Virus record (IMG/VR): IMGVR_UViG_3300027686_000002
Origin: an uncultured virus (IMG/VR IMGVR_UViG_3300027686_000002)
Taxonomy: Duplodnaviria > Heunggongvirae > Uroviricota > Caudoviricetes
Length of the DNA stretch: 20,000 nt
Direction: 5' to 3' (one strand)
The notes beneath the pieces are model-generated. The model saw only the letters and a program-made list of their open reading frames with translations. It was not told the DNA's origin and ran no database searches. Both the position numbers and the translations under genes were made by a program. Below, one piece after another: positions 8,264-16,379 of this stretch. Positions within the stretch are counted from its first letter, which is position 1; every line of letters starts with the position of its first letter.

Positions 8264-9479
8264 TTCTTCGTTAGTTCAGTGCAATTTTTGTAGTAAAGAT
8301 ACAACACAGGTAAAGAAGCTACTAGCAGGTGAAAACCATACGCATATATGTAGTGATTGTGTTGAGCTTTGTTATGGCATAATCAAGAACGAAACTGTTA
8401 AGATAGAAAACGCTATTCAAAAGAAAACTAAAAACGTTATACCCACTCCCAAAGGAATACACAAGCACTTAGACAAGTATGTTATTAGCCAATCACATGC
8501 TAAGAAAACATTAAGTGTTGCAATGTATAATCATTATAAAAGAATTAGTAGTAAAACAAAATCAAGGTTACAAAAAAGCAACGTGCTTATTGCAGGTCCT
8601 ACTGGAACTGGCAAAACATTAATGGCACAAACACTAGCTAGGTTTTTAGATGTTCCATTTGTAATTACAGATGCTACAGTTATCACAGAAAGCGGATATG
8701 CAGGTGATGATGCAGAAGTATTAATACATAAATTATTTGCCGCAGCAGATTACGATATTGACAGATGCCAACGTGGTATTATATATGTAGATGAAATTGA
8801 TAAGAAAGCCAAGCGAAATGACTATGTTAGCTTGAGTAGAGACGTTTCTGGAGAAGGAGTCCAACAGAGCCTTTTAAAGCTCATGGAAGGTACTATAGTA
8901 GCGGTTCCGAACAAACCGACACATAACCCGGAGAAGGTCGAAATCGACACCACTAACATACTATTTGTAGTAGGTGGAGCCTTCGTTGGCCTACAAGATG
9001 TTGTGCTTGATCGACTCGGTAAAGCAAAGATAGGTTTTAACGACTCTAACGATGCCGCAATTAAAGACTGGCAAAGGCACTTACAAACACGTGACTTAGT
9101 AAAATATGGATTAATACCTGAGTTTATAGGTAGACTTCCTAGTGTTAATGTGTTAAACTTATTAAGTAAGCAAGATTTAGTAGAAATATTGACAGAACCA
9201 ACAGATAGTATTATTGATCAAATAAAAGATTTATTTTTACTTGACAAAATACAAATAGAGTTTACAATAAGTGCATTAGAAGAAGTTGCAACTGTTGCTA
9301 TAAACGAAGAAATGGGTGCTAGAGGTTTACGTAAGATTTTAGACGAAGCACTTTTAGACATCCAATATGAGTTACCTGAGATGTATGAACAAGGAGTTAG
9401 AAAAATTATTATTAACGAAAATGTAATACGCAATACCGGAAAACCCATAATTATTAAAGGCACAAACACAGTTGAATAA
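8253..9479 (+). CDS. clpX: ATP-dependent Clp protease ATP-binding subunit ClpX
   Basis: C4 zinc-binding domain (CNFC..ICSDC), GPTGTGKT, YVDEIDK, RDVSGEGVQQ, IGF loop, GLIPEFIGRLP, GARGLR. Confidence 0.97.
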   Translation: MKSSSSLVQCNFCSKDTTQVKKLLAGENHTHICSDCVELCYGIIKNETVKIENAIQKKTKNVIPTPKGIHKHLDKYVISQSHAKKTLSVAMYNHYKRISSKTKSRLQKSNVLIAGPTGTGKTLMAQTLARFLDVPFVITDATVITESGYAGDDAEVLIHKLFAAADYDIDRCQRGIIYVDEIDKKAKRNDYVSLSRDVSGEGVQQSLLKLMEGTIVAVPNKPTHNPEKVEIDTTNILFVVGGAFVGLQDVVLDRLGKAKIGFNDSNDAAIKDWQRHLQTRDLVKYGLIPEFIGRLPSVNVLNLLSKQDLVEILTEPTDSIIDQIKDLFLLDKIQIEFTISALEEVATVAINEEMGARGLRKILDEALLDIQYELPEMYEQGVRKIIINENVIRNTGKPIIIKGTNTVE

Positions 9480-9993
9480 AAGCAATTTTAAAAAGAGAGA
9501 CATCGGTCCTAAAGTAGTAGCAAATAACAGGATTAGGTGCAAGACAGTAAGAGTTTCCTTTCCAGATGGTGATAGTCAAATACTATCGATTGAGGACGCA
9601 CAGAGGAGTGCATTAGAACTAGACTTAGATTTAGTGTTGATCACTGAAACAGCAGATCCACCAGTTTGTAAAATAACTGATCTAGCTAAGTTTATATACG
9701 CCTCTAAGCAAAAAGACAAGTTGGCTAAACGAAAGCAACGTGAAAGCGTTGTTGAGACAAAGGAAATACGTTTGGGAATTAACATCGATATAGGTGACAT
9801 AACTACCAAGGCTAAGCAAGCACGTAAATTCTTAGACAAAAACAACAAAGTTACGGTTACCATTATTCTTAAAGGTAGAGAGCGGGGGAAAAGCGATAGA
9901 GCTAAAGAACTGCTAAATACATTTGCTGACACTCTAGGTGTTGAATATGAAAATATAAGCATTCAGAATAATAGAGTGACTGGAAAGATATAA
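9472..9993 (+). CDS. infC: translation initiation factor IF3
   Basis: N.RI...VR, LDLVLI...ADPPVCKI.D..KFIY, KEIRL..NID..D...K, KV.V.I..KGRE; TTG start overlaps the clpX stop. Confidence 0.92.
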   Translation: MNKSNFKKRDIGPKVVANNRIRCKTVRVSFPDGDSQILSIEDAQRSALELDLDLVLITETADPPVCKITDLAKFIYASKQKDKLAKRKQRESVVETKEIRLGINIDIGDITTKAKQARKFLDKNNKVTVTIILKGRERGKSDRAKELLNTFADTLGVEYENISIQNNRVTGKI

Positions 9994-9999
9994 CAAAAT

Positions 10000-10236
10000 A
10001 TGTCAAAAAATAATCATAAAGATCAACGAGGCGGCGGTGGCCTAACAGTTGAAGTTAGAAACAATAATGTAGAACAAGCACTACGTAAGCTAAAGAAAAT
10101 GATAGCCAAAGACGGTATCATGCAAACAATACGTGACCGTAGTCATTTTGTAAGTAATACTGAGAAACGATTAAAAGCAAATGCCGCGGCAGCTGCCAGA
10201 CATCGTAGACGTATTAAGGAAAACAAGTACGAATAA
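10000..10236 (+). CDS. rpsU: ribosomal protein bS21
   Basis: VEVRNNNVEQALRKLKK....DGI....R.R.HF....EKR signature. Confidence 0.9.
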   Translation: MSKNNHKDQRGGGGLTVEVRNNNVEQALRKLKKMIAKDGIMQTIRDRSHFVSNTEKRLKANAAAAARHRRRIKENKYE

Positions 10237-10264
10237 TTTAACAGAATTTGTCCATTTTTATGGG

Positions 10265-10351
10265 TAAATAATAATGCGTGTTAGAACTGATTTCTGCATG
10301 CAGGAATGCCGAAAGGGTTCCAAAAATCTTGCTTAACAAAGGAGAACAATT
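10265..10351 (+). promoter_or_regulatory. late promoter core plus ROSE-like RNA thermometer 5' UTR
   Basis: TAAATA 10265-10270, then three hairpins; the last has TCTTGCTT (UUGCU motif) pairing with the SD AAGGAGA. Confidence 0.7.
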
Positions 10352-10777
10352 ATGACAAGACTTACAACACTAAACCTACCAGACTTCTATAAAGCCACTA
10401 TTGGTTTTGATAGAATGTTCGATGAGATGCAAAATGCATTTAATCCAACAACTACAGGCGGGTATCCACCCTACAATATCGTTAAAGTAAACGAAACAAG
10501 CTATGCAATTAGTTTAGCAGTAGCTGGTTTTAATAAGAACGATATTAGCGTGGAGCAAGACGGTAACATGCTTACTATCAAAGCTGAAGATACTTCAGAA
10601 GAAGATGTTAAGGAATATCTACACAAGGGTATTGCAACTAGAAACTTTACAAGAGAATTTAGTTTAGCAGATTATGTAGATGTAACTGGAGCGAAACAAA
10701 ATGACGGAATTTTAGAAGTCACTTTGCAACAAAACATTCCAGATAACAAGAAACCACGTAATATTAAAATTGGATAA
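10352..10777 (+). CDS. small heat shock protein Hsp20 (IbpA-like)
   Basis: IGFDRMF, YPPYNI, LAVAGF, YLHKGIATRNF.REF.LAD, DGIL.V.L. Confidence 0.96.
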   Translation: MTRLTTLNLPDFYKATIGFDRMFDEMQNAFNPTTTGGYPPYNIVKVNETSYAISLAVAGFNKNDISVEQDGNMLTIKAEDTSEEDVKEYLHKGIATRNFTREFSLADYVDVTGAKQNDGILEVTLQQNIPDNKKPRNIKIG

Positions 10778-10788
10778 CAGGTAAAACA

Positions 10789-11091
10789 ATGGCTCAAGCA
10801 TCACACGAAGACATAGCAGAAATGACAAGGTTAAAATCACCACCTAAATTTAACGTGATTCTAATGAATGATGAAGCTACGCCTCAAGAGTTCGTAGTTA
10901 ATGTTTTAAGATCAATTTTTAATAGAACATCAGACGAAGCAGAGGCAGTGATGCTTGAAGTCCATAACAAGGGCAGAGGCATAGCTGGTACATACAGTTA
11001 CGAAGTTGCTGAACAAAAATGCGTTGAAACGATTACTGACGCAAGGCGTAATAGCTACCCACTAGACGTCACATTAGAAAAAACAGAATAA
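10789..11091 (+). CDS. clpS: Clp protease adaptor ClpS
   Basis: PPKFNVILMND..TP.EFVV.VL..IF, MLEVH..GRGIAG.Y..EVAE.K, YPL. Confidence 0.93.
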   Translation: MAQASHEDIAEMTRLKSPPKFNVILMNDEATPQEFVVNVLRSIFNRTSDEAEAVMLEVHNKGRGIAGTYSYEVAEQKCVETITDARRNSYPLDVTLEKTE

Positions 11092-11097
11092 AATTAA

Positions 11098-11667
11098 ATG
11101 AAAATAGCAATCACGCAACGTGTGATTGACTTTCGAAACGGCCCTTACGACAGCTTAGATCATGGATTCTATGACATGTTTGCAGGGCATACATTACGTC
11201 CCATTCCAAACAACTTAGAACATTATCAAACAGAGATTATAGTTAATAGTGATTTAGTAGTTTTTACGGGCGGCAATAGTATGATACCGGGCAACTGGCA
11301 ATACAATGAAGACCGGCTACGTATAGAAAAACACACGTTAGATCTAGCAAAACTTTATAATAAACCAATATTAGGTATTAGTAGAGGATGTCAATTCCTT
11401 ACTGTAAGCCTTGGCGGAAGTATTAAAGAAAGTGGTAGACATAAAGCTGATCATACAGTATACTATAAAGATAGTGAAGTAGAAGTTCATAGCAGGCATG
11501 AAGAAATATTAAGTAGTATTCCACATGGTGCTACATGCCTTGCTACAGACGACGAAGGAAATTGCGAAAGTTGGAAACTAGATAACATATTAACTGTACT
11601 TTGGCATCCTGAAAGAATGAATACACACTGGCTTCCGTATGAAGCATACAACATACTAGGATTATAA
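11098..11667 (+). CDS. class I glutamine amidotransferase-like (peptidase C26/gamma-glutamyl hydrolase) protein
   Basis: IAITQR, FTGGN, PILGISRGCQ (nucleophile elbow with Ser in place of Cys), WHPER. Confidence 0.85.
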   Translation: MKIAITQRVIDFRNGPYDSLDHGFYDMFAGHTLRPIPNNLEHYQTEIIVNSDLVVFTGGNSMIPGNWQYNEDRLRIEKHTLDLAKLYNKPILGISRGCQFLTVSLGGSIKESGRHKADHTVYYKDSEVEVHSRHEEILSSIPHGATCLATDDEGNCESWKLDNILTVLWHPERMNTHWLPYEAYNILGL

Positions 11668-11668
11668 T

Positions 11669-12085
11669 ATGAAAGTTGGAATAACATTTAGTACATTTGA
11701 TCTACTCCATGCCGGACACATTGGCATGTTGAGGGAAGCGAAATCAAATTGCGATTATCTTATTGTGGGTTTACAAAGTGACCCTACAATTGATCGCCCA
11801 AAAACAAAAAACAAACCCATACAAACAATGGTAGAGCGTTATGCACAACTTAATGCAATTAAGTTTATTGACGAAATTGTGCCATACCAAACAGAAGAAG
11901 ATTTAGTGGATATACTAGAACTGTTTGAAATTGATGTACGGTTCCTTGGTGAAGAATATAAGGAAGATGAATTCAGCGGTAAAGACGTATGTCGTAAACG
12001 TGGAATTGACTTGTATTTTAATAAACGTGAACACAGGTTTAGCACGAGCGGCCTTAGAAAAAGAGTGTGTGATAATCAAAAATGA
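11669..12085 (+). CDS. glycerol-3-phosphate cytidylyltransferase-like (TagD family)
   Basis: FSTFDLLHAGH (HxGH), YLIVGL..DP, C-terminal R.H.FSTS.LR. Confidence 0.88.
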   Translation: MKVGITFSTFDLLHAGHIGMLREAKSNCDYLIVGLQSDPTIDRPKTKNKPIQTMVERYAQLNAIKFIDEIVPYQTEEDLVDILELFEIDVRFLGEEYKEDEFSGKDVCRKRGIDLYFNKREHRFSTSGLRKRVCDNQK

Positions 12086-12414
12086 AATATATAATTGATA
12101 TAGATGGTACTATTTGTAAAGAAGTTTTTCTTGCAGATGGTAAGAAAGACTATGCTAACCATATTCCATATATGGATCGTATTGCAAAAGTAAACAAACT
12201 ACATGAAGCAGGTCATACTATCAAGTACATGACTGCACGTGGAATCACTAGTGGAATAGATTATTTTAAACTAACAAATAATCAGCTAGTAGAATGGGGT
12301 GCAAAGTTTGATGAACTTGATGTAGGTAACAAACCCCATTACGATATATGGATTGATGACAAAGCATTTTGGAGTGAGAACTTCTTTAGAGAAACAGGTG
12401 AAACATATGAGTAA
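12082..12414 (+). CDS. HAD-superfamily small phosphatase
   Basis: IDIDGTIC (DxD), TARG, KP.YD.WIDDKA. Confidence 0.85.
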   Translation: MKYIIDIDGTICKEVFLADGKKDYANHIPYMDRIAKVNKLHEAGHTIKYMTARGITSGIDYFKLTNNQLVEWGAKFDELDVGNKPHYDIWIDDKAFWSENFFRETGETYE

Positions 12415-13201
12415 ATTTATAGCCGCAATGGACCACAGTGGTGGAAGCACAGGCGGAGTACTAGAACGTTACGAACAAGATTATACAGAAGATAATAAAA
12501 TGGACCTTGTACATCAAATGCGTATGCGTATGGTTAATAGTCCAGACTTTAACAGTAATAATATTTGGGCCTCAATACTTTATAAAGATTCAGTTGAACG
12601 AGGTTTATCTATGATCCTACGTGCAAAAGGCATTGAACCATATCTTAAAATTGATAGTGGGTGTGAAGAAGATGGAACACTCAAACACTTTGATTTAGAA
12701 GAGATGTGTAAGTATGCACTTGAAATGCAATGTAGTGGTACTAAGATGCGTAGCATTATTAAAAGCGAAGAGATGATTGATGCAGTACTTAAACAACAAT
12801 TTGGTATGGCTGCATATATTAGTAACAAAGGCCTTATGCCAATTGTAGAACCAGAAATTCCAATTGATCATCCAATGAAGCGTTCGTTAGAGATTATGCT
12901 TTTTGAACAGTTAAACAATCATCTACAAACATTAGATGGTAAGTGTATTCTAAAACTTACACTACCTGATATTAAAGAACTCTATAAACCATTGACAGCA
13001 CATGAAAGTTGTAGTAGTATTGTAGCATTAAGTGGTGGATACACTACAGAAGAAGCATGCAAAAGACTAGCAAATAATCCTTCAATGGGTGCTAGCTTTA
13101 GTAGAGCATTAAGCGAGGGATTGTTCTATGGACAGACTGAGCCGGTATTTGACACACGAATAAGTGCAAATATTGATAACATTAAAAGGAGTTGTGAATG
13201 A
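12407..13201 (+). CDS. fda: fructose-bisphosphate aldolase class I
   Basis: [38 protein letters not shown] (Schiff-base K), VALSGGY, ASFSRAL.EGL; start ATG 12407. Confidence 0.92.
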   Translation: MSKFIAAMDHSGGSTGGVLERYEQDYTEDNKMDLVHQMRMRMVNSPDFNSNNIWASILYKDSVERGLSMILRAKGIEPYLKIDSGCEEDGTLKHFDLEEMCKYALEMQCSGTKMRSIIKSEEMIDAVLKQQFGMAAYISNKGLMPIVEPEIPIDHPMKRSLEIMLFEQLNNHLQTLDGKCILKLTLPDIKELYKPLTAHESCSSIVALSGGYTTEEACKRLANNPSMGASFSRALSEGLFYGQTEPVFDTRISANIDNIKRSCE

Positions 13202-14346
13202 GAATCGAAACAGAACACAAGCTAGATTATAGCGATGTATTAATTAGACCAAAGCGTAGTACGTTAGGGTCGAGAAAAGACGTTGATTTACAACGTGGAT
13301 TTACATTTAGAAACTATTTGGGAGCAAGGCCTTTAAATGAACCAGAAGACTACAGCGGTATTCCTATTATGGCTTCTAACATGGATGGAGTTGGTACATT
13401 TGAAATGGCAGACACACTTGCTAAACAAAGTATCTTCACTTGCTTAGTTAAAACATACAGCGTAGAAGAACTTGTTGAATTCTTCAATACGGATAATGAG
13501 TCTCGCACAGATAATGTTGCTATTAGTATTGGCATCATGGAAAAGGATCAACAGAAATTTAGTGACGTATATGAACAAGTTGGTGCCCGTATCAAGTATG
13601 TTTGTATTGATGTAGCAAATGGATATAGTGAACGATTTAGTAACTTTGTTAGAAAGTTTAGAAAACAATATCCATACGTAGTAATTATTGCTGGTAATGT
13701 AGTAACAGGCGAAATGACAGAGGAGTTAATTCTTAATGGAGCAGACATTGTTAAAGTTGGAATCGGACCAGGTTCCGTGTGTACAACAAGAATCCAAACA
13801 GGTGTCGGATACCCACAGCTATCTGCAGTTATTGAATGTGCAGATGCGGCACATGGACTTGGTGGACATATTATCGCTGATGGGGGTTGCAATTGTCCTG
13901 GTGACGTGGCTAAGGCATTCGCTGGCGGTGCAGATTTTGTAATGCTTGGCGGAATGCTAGCAGGACATGATGAAGGCGGTGGAAAAACTATTCTTAAACA
14001 TTATGAGACAAATGAACTTGTATATGAAATAGGTAGTCACTTGGATAAGCATACAAAGAAAATTGAAACAAAAGAGTTTGTAGCATTCTACGGAATGAGT
14101 TCAAATGCGGCAAACACAAAGCACTTCGGAGGATTGAAAGATTATAGATCAAGCGAAGGACGTGAAGTACTTGTTCCTTATCGTGGAACAGTAGAAAATA
14201 CTATACAAAATATATTAGGCGGAATACGTAGTACATGCACATACGCAGGTGCAAACCGTCTTAAATACCTAAATAAATGCACTACATTTATTATGGCTAA
14301 CAAACAGTACAACGCAGTATATGAAGCGACTACAACGAAGATTTAG
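13198..14346 (+). CDS. guaC: GMP reductase
   Basis: [70 protein letters not shown]. Confidence 0.96.
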   Translation: MRIETEHKLDYSDVLIRPKRSTLGSRKDVDLQRGFTFRNYLGARPLNEPEDYSGIPIMASNMDGVGTFEMADTLAKQSIFTCLVKTYSVEELVEFFNTDNESRTDNVAISIGIMEKDQQKFSDVYEQVGARIKYVCIDVANGYSERFSNFVRKFRKQYPYVVIIAGNVVTGEMTEELILNGADIVKVGIGPGSVCTTRIQTGVGYPQLSAVIECADAAHGLGGHIIADGGCNCPGDVAKAFAGGADFVMLGGMLAGHDEGGGKTILKHYETNELVYEIGSHLDKHTKKIETKEFVAFYGMSSNAANTKHFGGLKDYRSSEGREVLVPYRGTVENTIQNILGGIRSTCTYAGANRLKYLNKCTTFIMANKQYNAVYEATTTKI

Positions 14347-14446
14347 CACTCTAAGACGCCGAATAAGTAGCCAGGCAAAGATTTAACAGAAGCACCTTAA
14401 AGGACTATAGGCTAAAGGAAAAAGGTAGTCATAGGAGACAATATAC

Positions 14447-14497
14447 ACTCATGCACATACGGCATAACGAAAATGCTTTACGTGCATGAGTCTTTTT
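14447..14497 (+). terminator. probable intrinsic terminator
   Basis: ACTCATGCAC...GTGCATGAGT 10-bp stem (inner GCAT/ATGC stem) followed by CTTTTT. Confidence 0.6.
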
Positions 14498-14534
14498 GTG
14501 GTCTATGTGATAAATAGAAGTGTTAAATAAGACA

Positions 14535-14682
14535 AGCGACCTCAGCTTTGAAAAAATGAGTGGCACTAGGGAAAGACCAGGGCATAACCCATGCCTTACA
14601 AGTGATGCTACAACTGTCAGGCATCGTGGTAACACCGGGAGAGACCGGAAAATTGAGACCGGATGCTTTCCCAAAAACATCC
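14535..14682 (+). ncRNA. candidate structured RNA / cis-regulatory leader
   Basis: GC-rich run of about seven short hairpins after TAAATA motifs (14511, 14524); the CTTTCCC loop is complementary to GGGAAAG and GGGAGAG. Confidence 0.55.
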
Positions 14683-14705
14683 AAAACTTTTATTAGGAGA
14701 CTAGA

Positions 14706-14933
14706 ATGACAACTCACTTTTTTAGTGGCTTGGCAGGAATCTTTGGTAAGCGCCGATGTGACTACCGTAGAGACCTCGAGAGTTACGCAAAGACGGAATA
14801 TAAACATGACTGGCGATTTGCTTATGATTATATGGTAGCTAATGAGGGCAGAGGCCCTTCAGCTTACGCACTACATCAAGAGTTAATTAAAGGAGCTGAA
14901 ATGGCTCGTTTAGAAATGGATATAAAACGATGA
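14706..14933 (+). CDS. small hypothetical protein
   Basis: 75 aa with AGGAG RBS. Confidence 0.75.
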   Translation: MTTHFFSGLAGIFGKRRCDYRRDLESYAKTEYKHDWRFAYDYMVANEGRGPSAYALHQELIKGAEMARLEMDIKR

Positions 14934-15148
14934 CAACACTAACAATTTATCAAACAACATGCAACGTATGCGAATACATAGCAGACAAGATTTCAAACGC
15001 TTGTAATAATATGATTAAAAGTTTTGAAGTAGTTGGAACAGCGAGAGCCGCTTCACAACTAGCAAGCATGGGTTATTACAAAGAAGCAGAAGCTCTTATG
15101 TTACAACTCAAAGATATAAGAAAAGAATTAGAGGCCATTAAAAAATGA
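14930..15148 (+). CDS. small protein with N-terminal CxxC
   Basis: 72 aa, ATGA-coupled; MTTL...CNVC; ARAASQLASMGY.KEA.ALM. Confidence 0.75.
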   Translation: MTTLTIYQTTCNVCEYIADKISNACNNMIKSFEVVGTARAASQLASMGYYKEAEALMLQLKDIRKELEAIKK

Positions 15149-15360
15149 CAACACTAGCAGAAACTTACTGTGCATTTTGCGATAGAATTGCACTTACCGT
15201 TAACAACTTAATTAGTAAATGGGAAAATAGAGAAAGACCGTATAACAGAGATACATACAATGCTTTATCGAAGTTGTCAGATCATGACTTAAAGGATATT
15301 GGGTTATGCCGAGGCGATATCATGTTTATCGCTAAGGGTGGATCGATTTACCGTAAATAA
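15145..15360 (+). CDS. DUF1127 domain small protein with N-terminal CxxC
   Basis: R.TYNALSKLSDHDLKDIGLCRGDI is the DUF1127 signature (L..LsDr.L.DIGl.R.di). Confidence 0.88.
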   Translation: MTTLAETYCAFCDRIALTVNNLISKWENRERPYNRDTYNALSKLSDHDLKDIGLCRGDIMFIAKGGSIYRK

Positions 15361-15396
15361 AAAACCCTTGCTCAGATAACACTAGTTTTAATCGGC

Positions 15397-15402
15397 TAAA
15401 TA
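15397..15402 (+). promoter_or_regulatory. T4-like late promoter core TAAATA, 5 nt before ATG
   Basis: GC-TAAATA-GTTGT-ATG(15408); no SD sequence. Confidence 0.6.
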
Positions 15403-15407
15403 GTTGT

Positions 15408-16379
15408 ATGAGCAAGGTACATCTTTTATCACAAATAATAGCTAATTTACAGCTACCTACAACTCAAGACGAGAAGATTGAGTTACTAACCACCTATAAT
15501 AAAGAAATCATACTGAAACGCATTATAAGTATTGCGTATAATCCATGGATTGATCTTGGTATGACTAAGTTTAAGCCTAGACATACTGGTAAACAGTTTG
15601 GAATGGGTATAGCTAGATTCTTACATATTCTAGATGATATTATAGATGAAAAATATTCACATAAAGAAAAAGAGTTTTCATGCAATATGGCACTTATGCA
15701 TATTGAACAAAATGATGCTAAACTCTTTACTAGCTTAATTACACAGTCATTAGATCTATGCTTAGATATTGAATCAATCAATACAGTTTGGCCTGGATTA
15801 ATAATGAACTATCCAATAAGCACTCCAGTTACTACAGACTATAAAGAATTTAAATTGTTTCCAGCATCAGTACAACCACTTAGCAGAGGCTTACGAGTCA
15901 ATGTAATGGTTTACAATGATGTTGTATTCTATAAAGACAAGCTAGGTAATAATATACTAGGTTGGGAAATATATGACAAACAATTTATTAACCTAGCACA
16001 AGGTAACAATACAGTATTTGATGGGCATGCAGTAGTTGCAGAAGGCGTTAACGTTGTTGAAGTTGCAAACGATAAGGTACTAGAAGCAGAAGCAGAGAAC
16101 ATTAGATTCATGTTATGGGACGTTATACGTTATGATGGGTTTGTTAAAGGTGAAGACACACGCATGGGTTATAACTGGCGTTACAACGGTATTGAACATA
16201 TGCAAATATTAGCCATAGACAAGAATCCTGCTCCTTGTTATGATTTAGTTCGTGCTGAATTAGTAGGTAGTCAAGAGCAATTAGCACTTACTGTGTCTAA
16301 ATTCAGTGGATGTGTTATTAAGAGCTTAGATGGTATCTGGAAACACGGTCCAGATGAAACACAAGTTATTTGCGTCTAA
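15408..16379 (+). CDS. degenerate T4 gp30-like DNA ligase paralog (no catalytic Lys, no OB domain)
   Basis: Helical N-terminal domain, FPASVQPLSRGLRV in place of motif I (FPA..Q.KxDG.R), VFDGH (III), FMLWDVI (IIIa), GCVIKSLDGIW (IV); the protein ends there. Confidence 0.65.
   Translation: MSKVHLLSQIIANLQLPTTQDEKIELLTTYNKEIILKRIISIAYNPWIDLGMTKFKPRHTGKQFGMGIARFLHILDDIIDEKYSHKEKEFSCNMALMHIEQNDAKLFTSLITQSLDLCLDIESINTVWPGLIMNYPISTPVTTDYKEFKLFPASVQPLSRGLRVNVMVYNDVVFYKDKLGNNILGWEIYDKQFINLAQGNNTVFDGHAVVAEGVNVVEVANDKVLEAEAENIRFMLWDVIRYDGFVKGEDTRMGYNWRYNGIEHMQILAIDKNPAPCYDLVRAELVGSQEQLALTVSKFSGCVIKSLDGIWKHGPDETQVICV

Noticed and set aside
14347..14440. CGCCGAATAAGTAGCCAGGCAAAG resembles part of a glycine riboswitch aptamer
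   Set aside because: The upstream GGAGA element and supporting stems are missing, and it is followed by a terminator rather than a regulated gene.
14560..14625. GGCACTAGGGAA and CAACTGT resemble cobalamin riboswitch fragments
   Set aside because: The elements are in the wrong order and there is no B12 box; kept only as an unassigned structured RNA.
14429..14807. Minus-strand ORFs 14429-14680 and 14523-14807
   Set aside because: They overlap the structured leader and a real + gene, and have no RBS or recognisable motifs.
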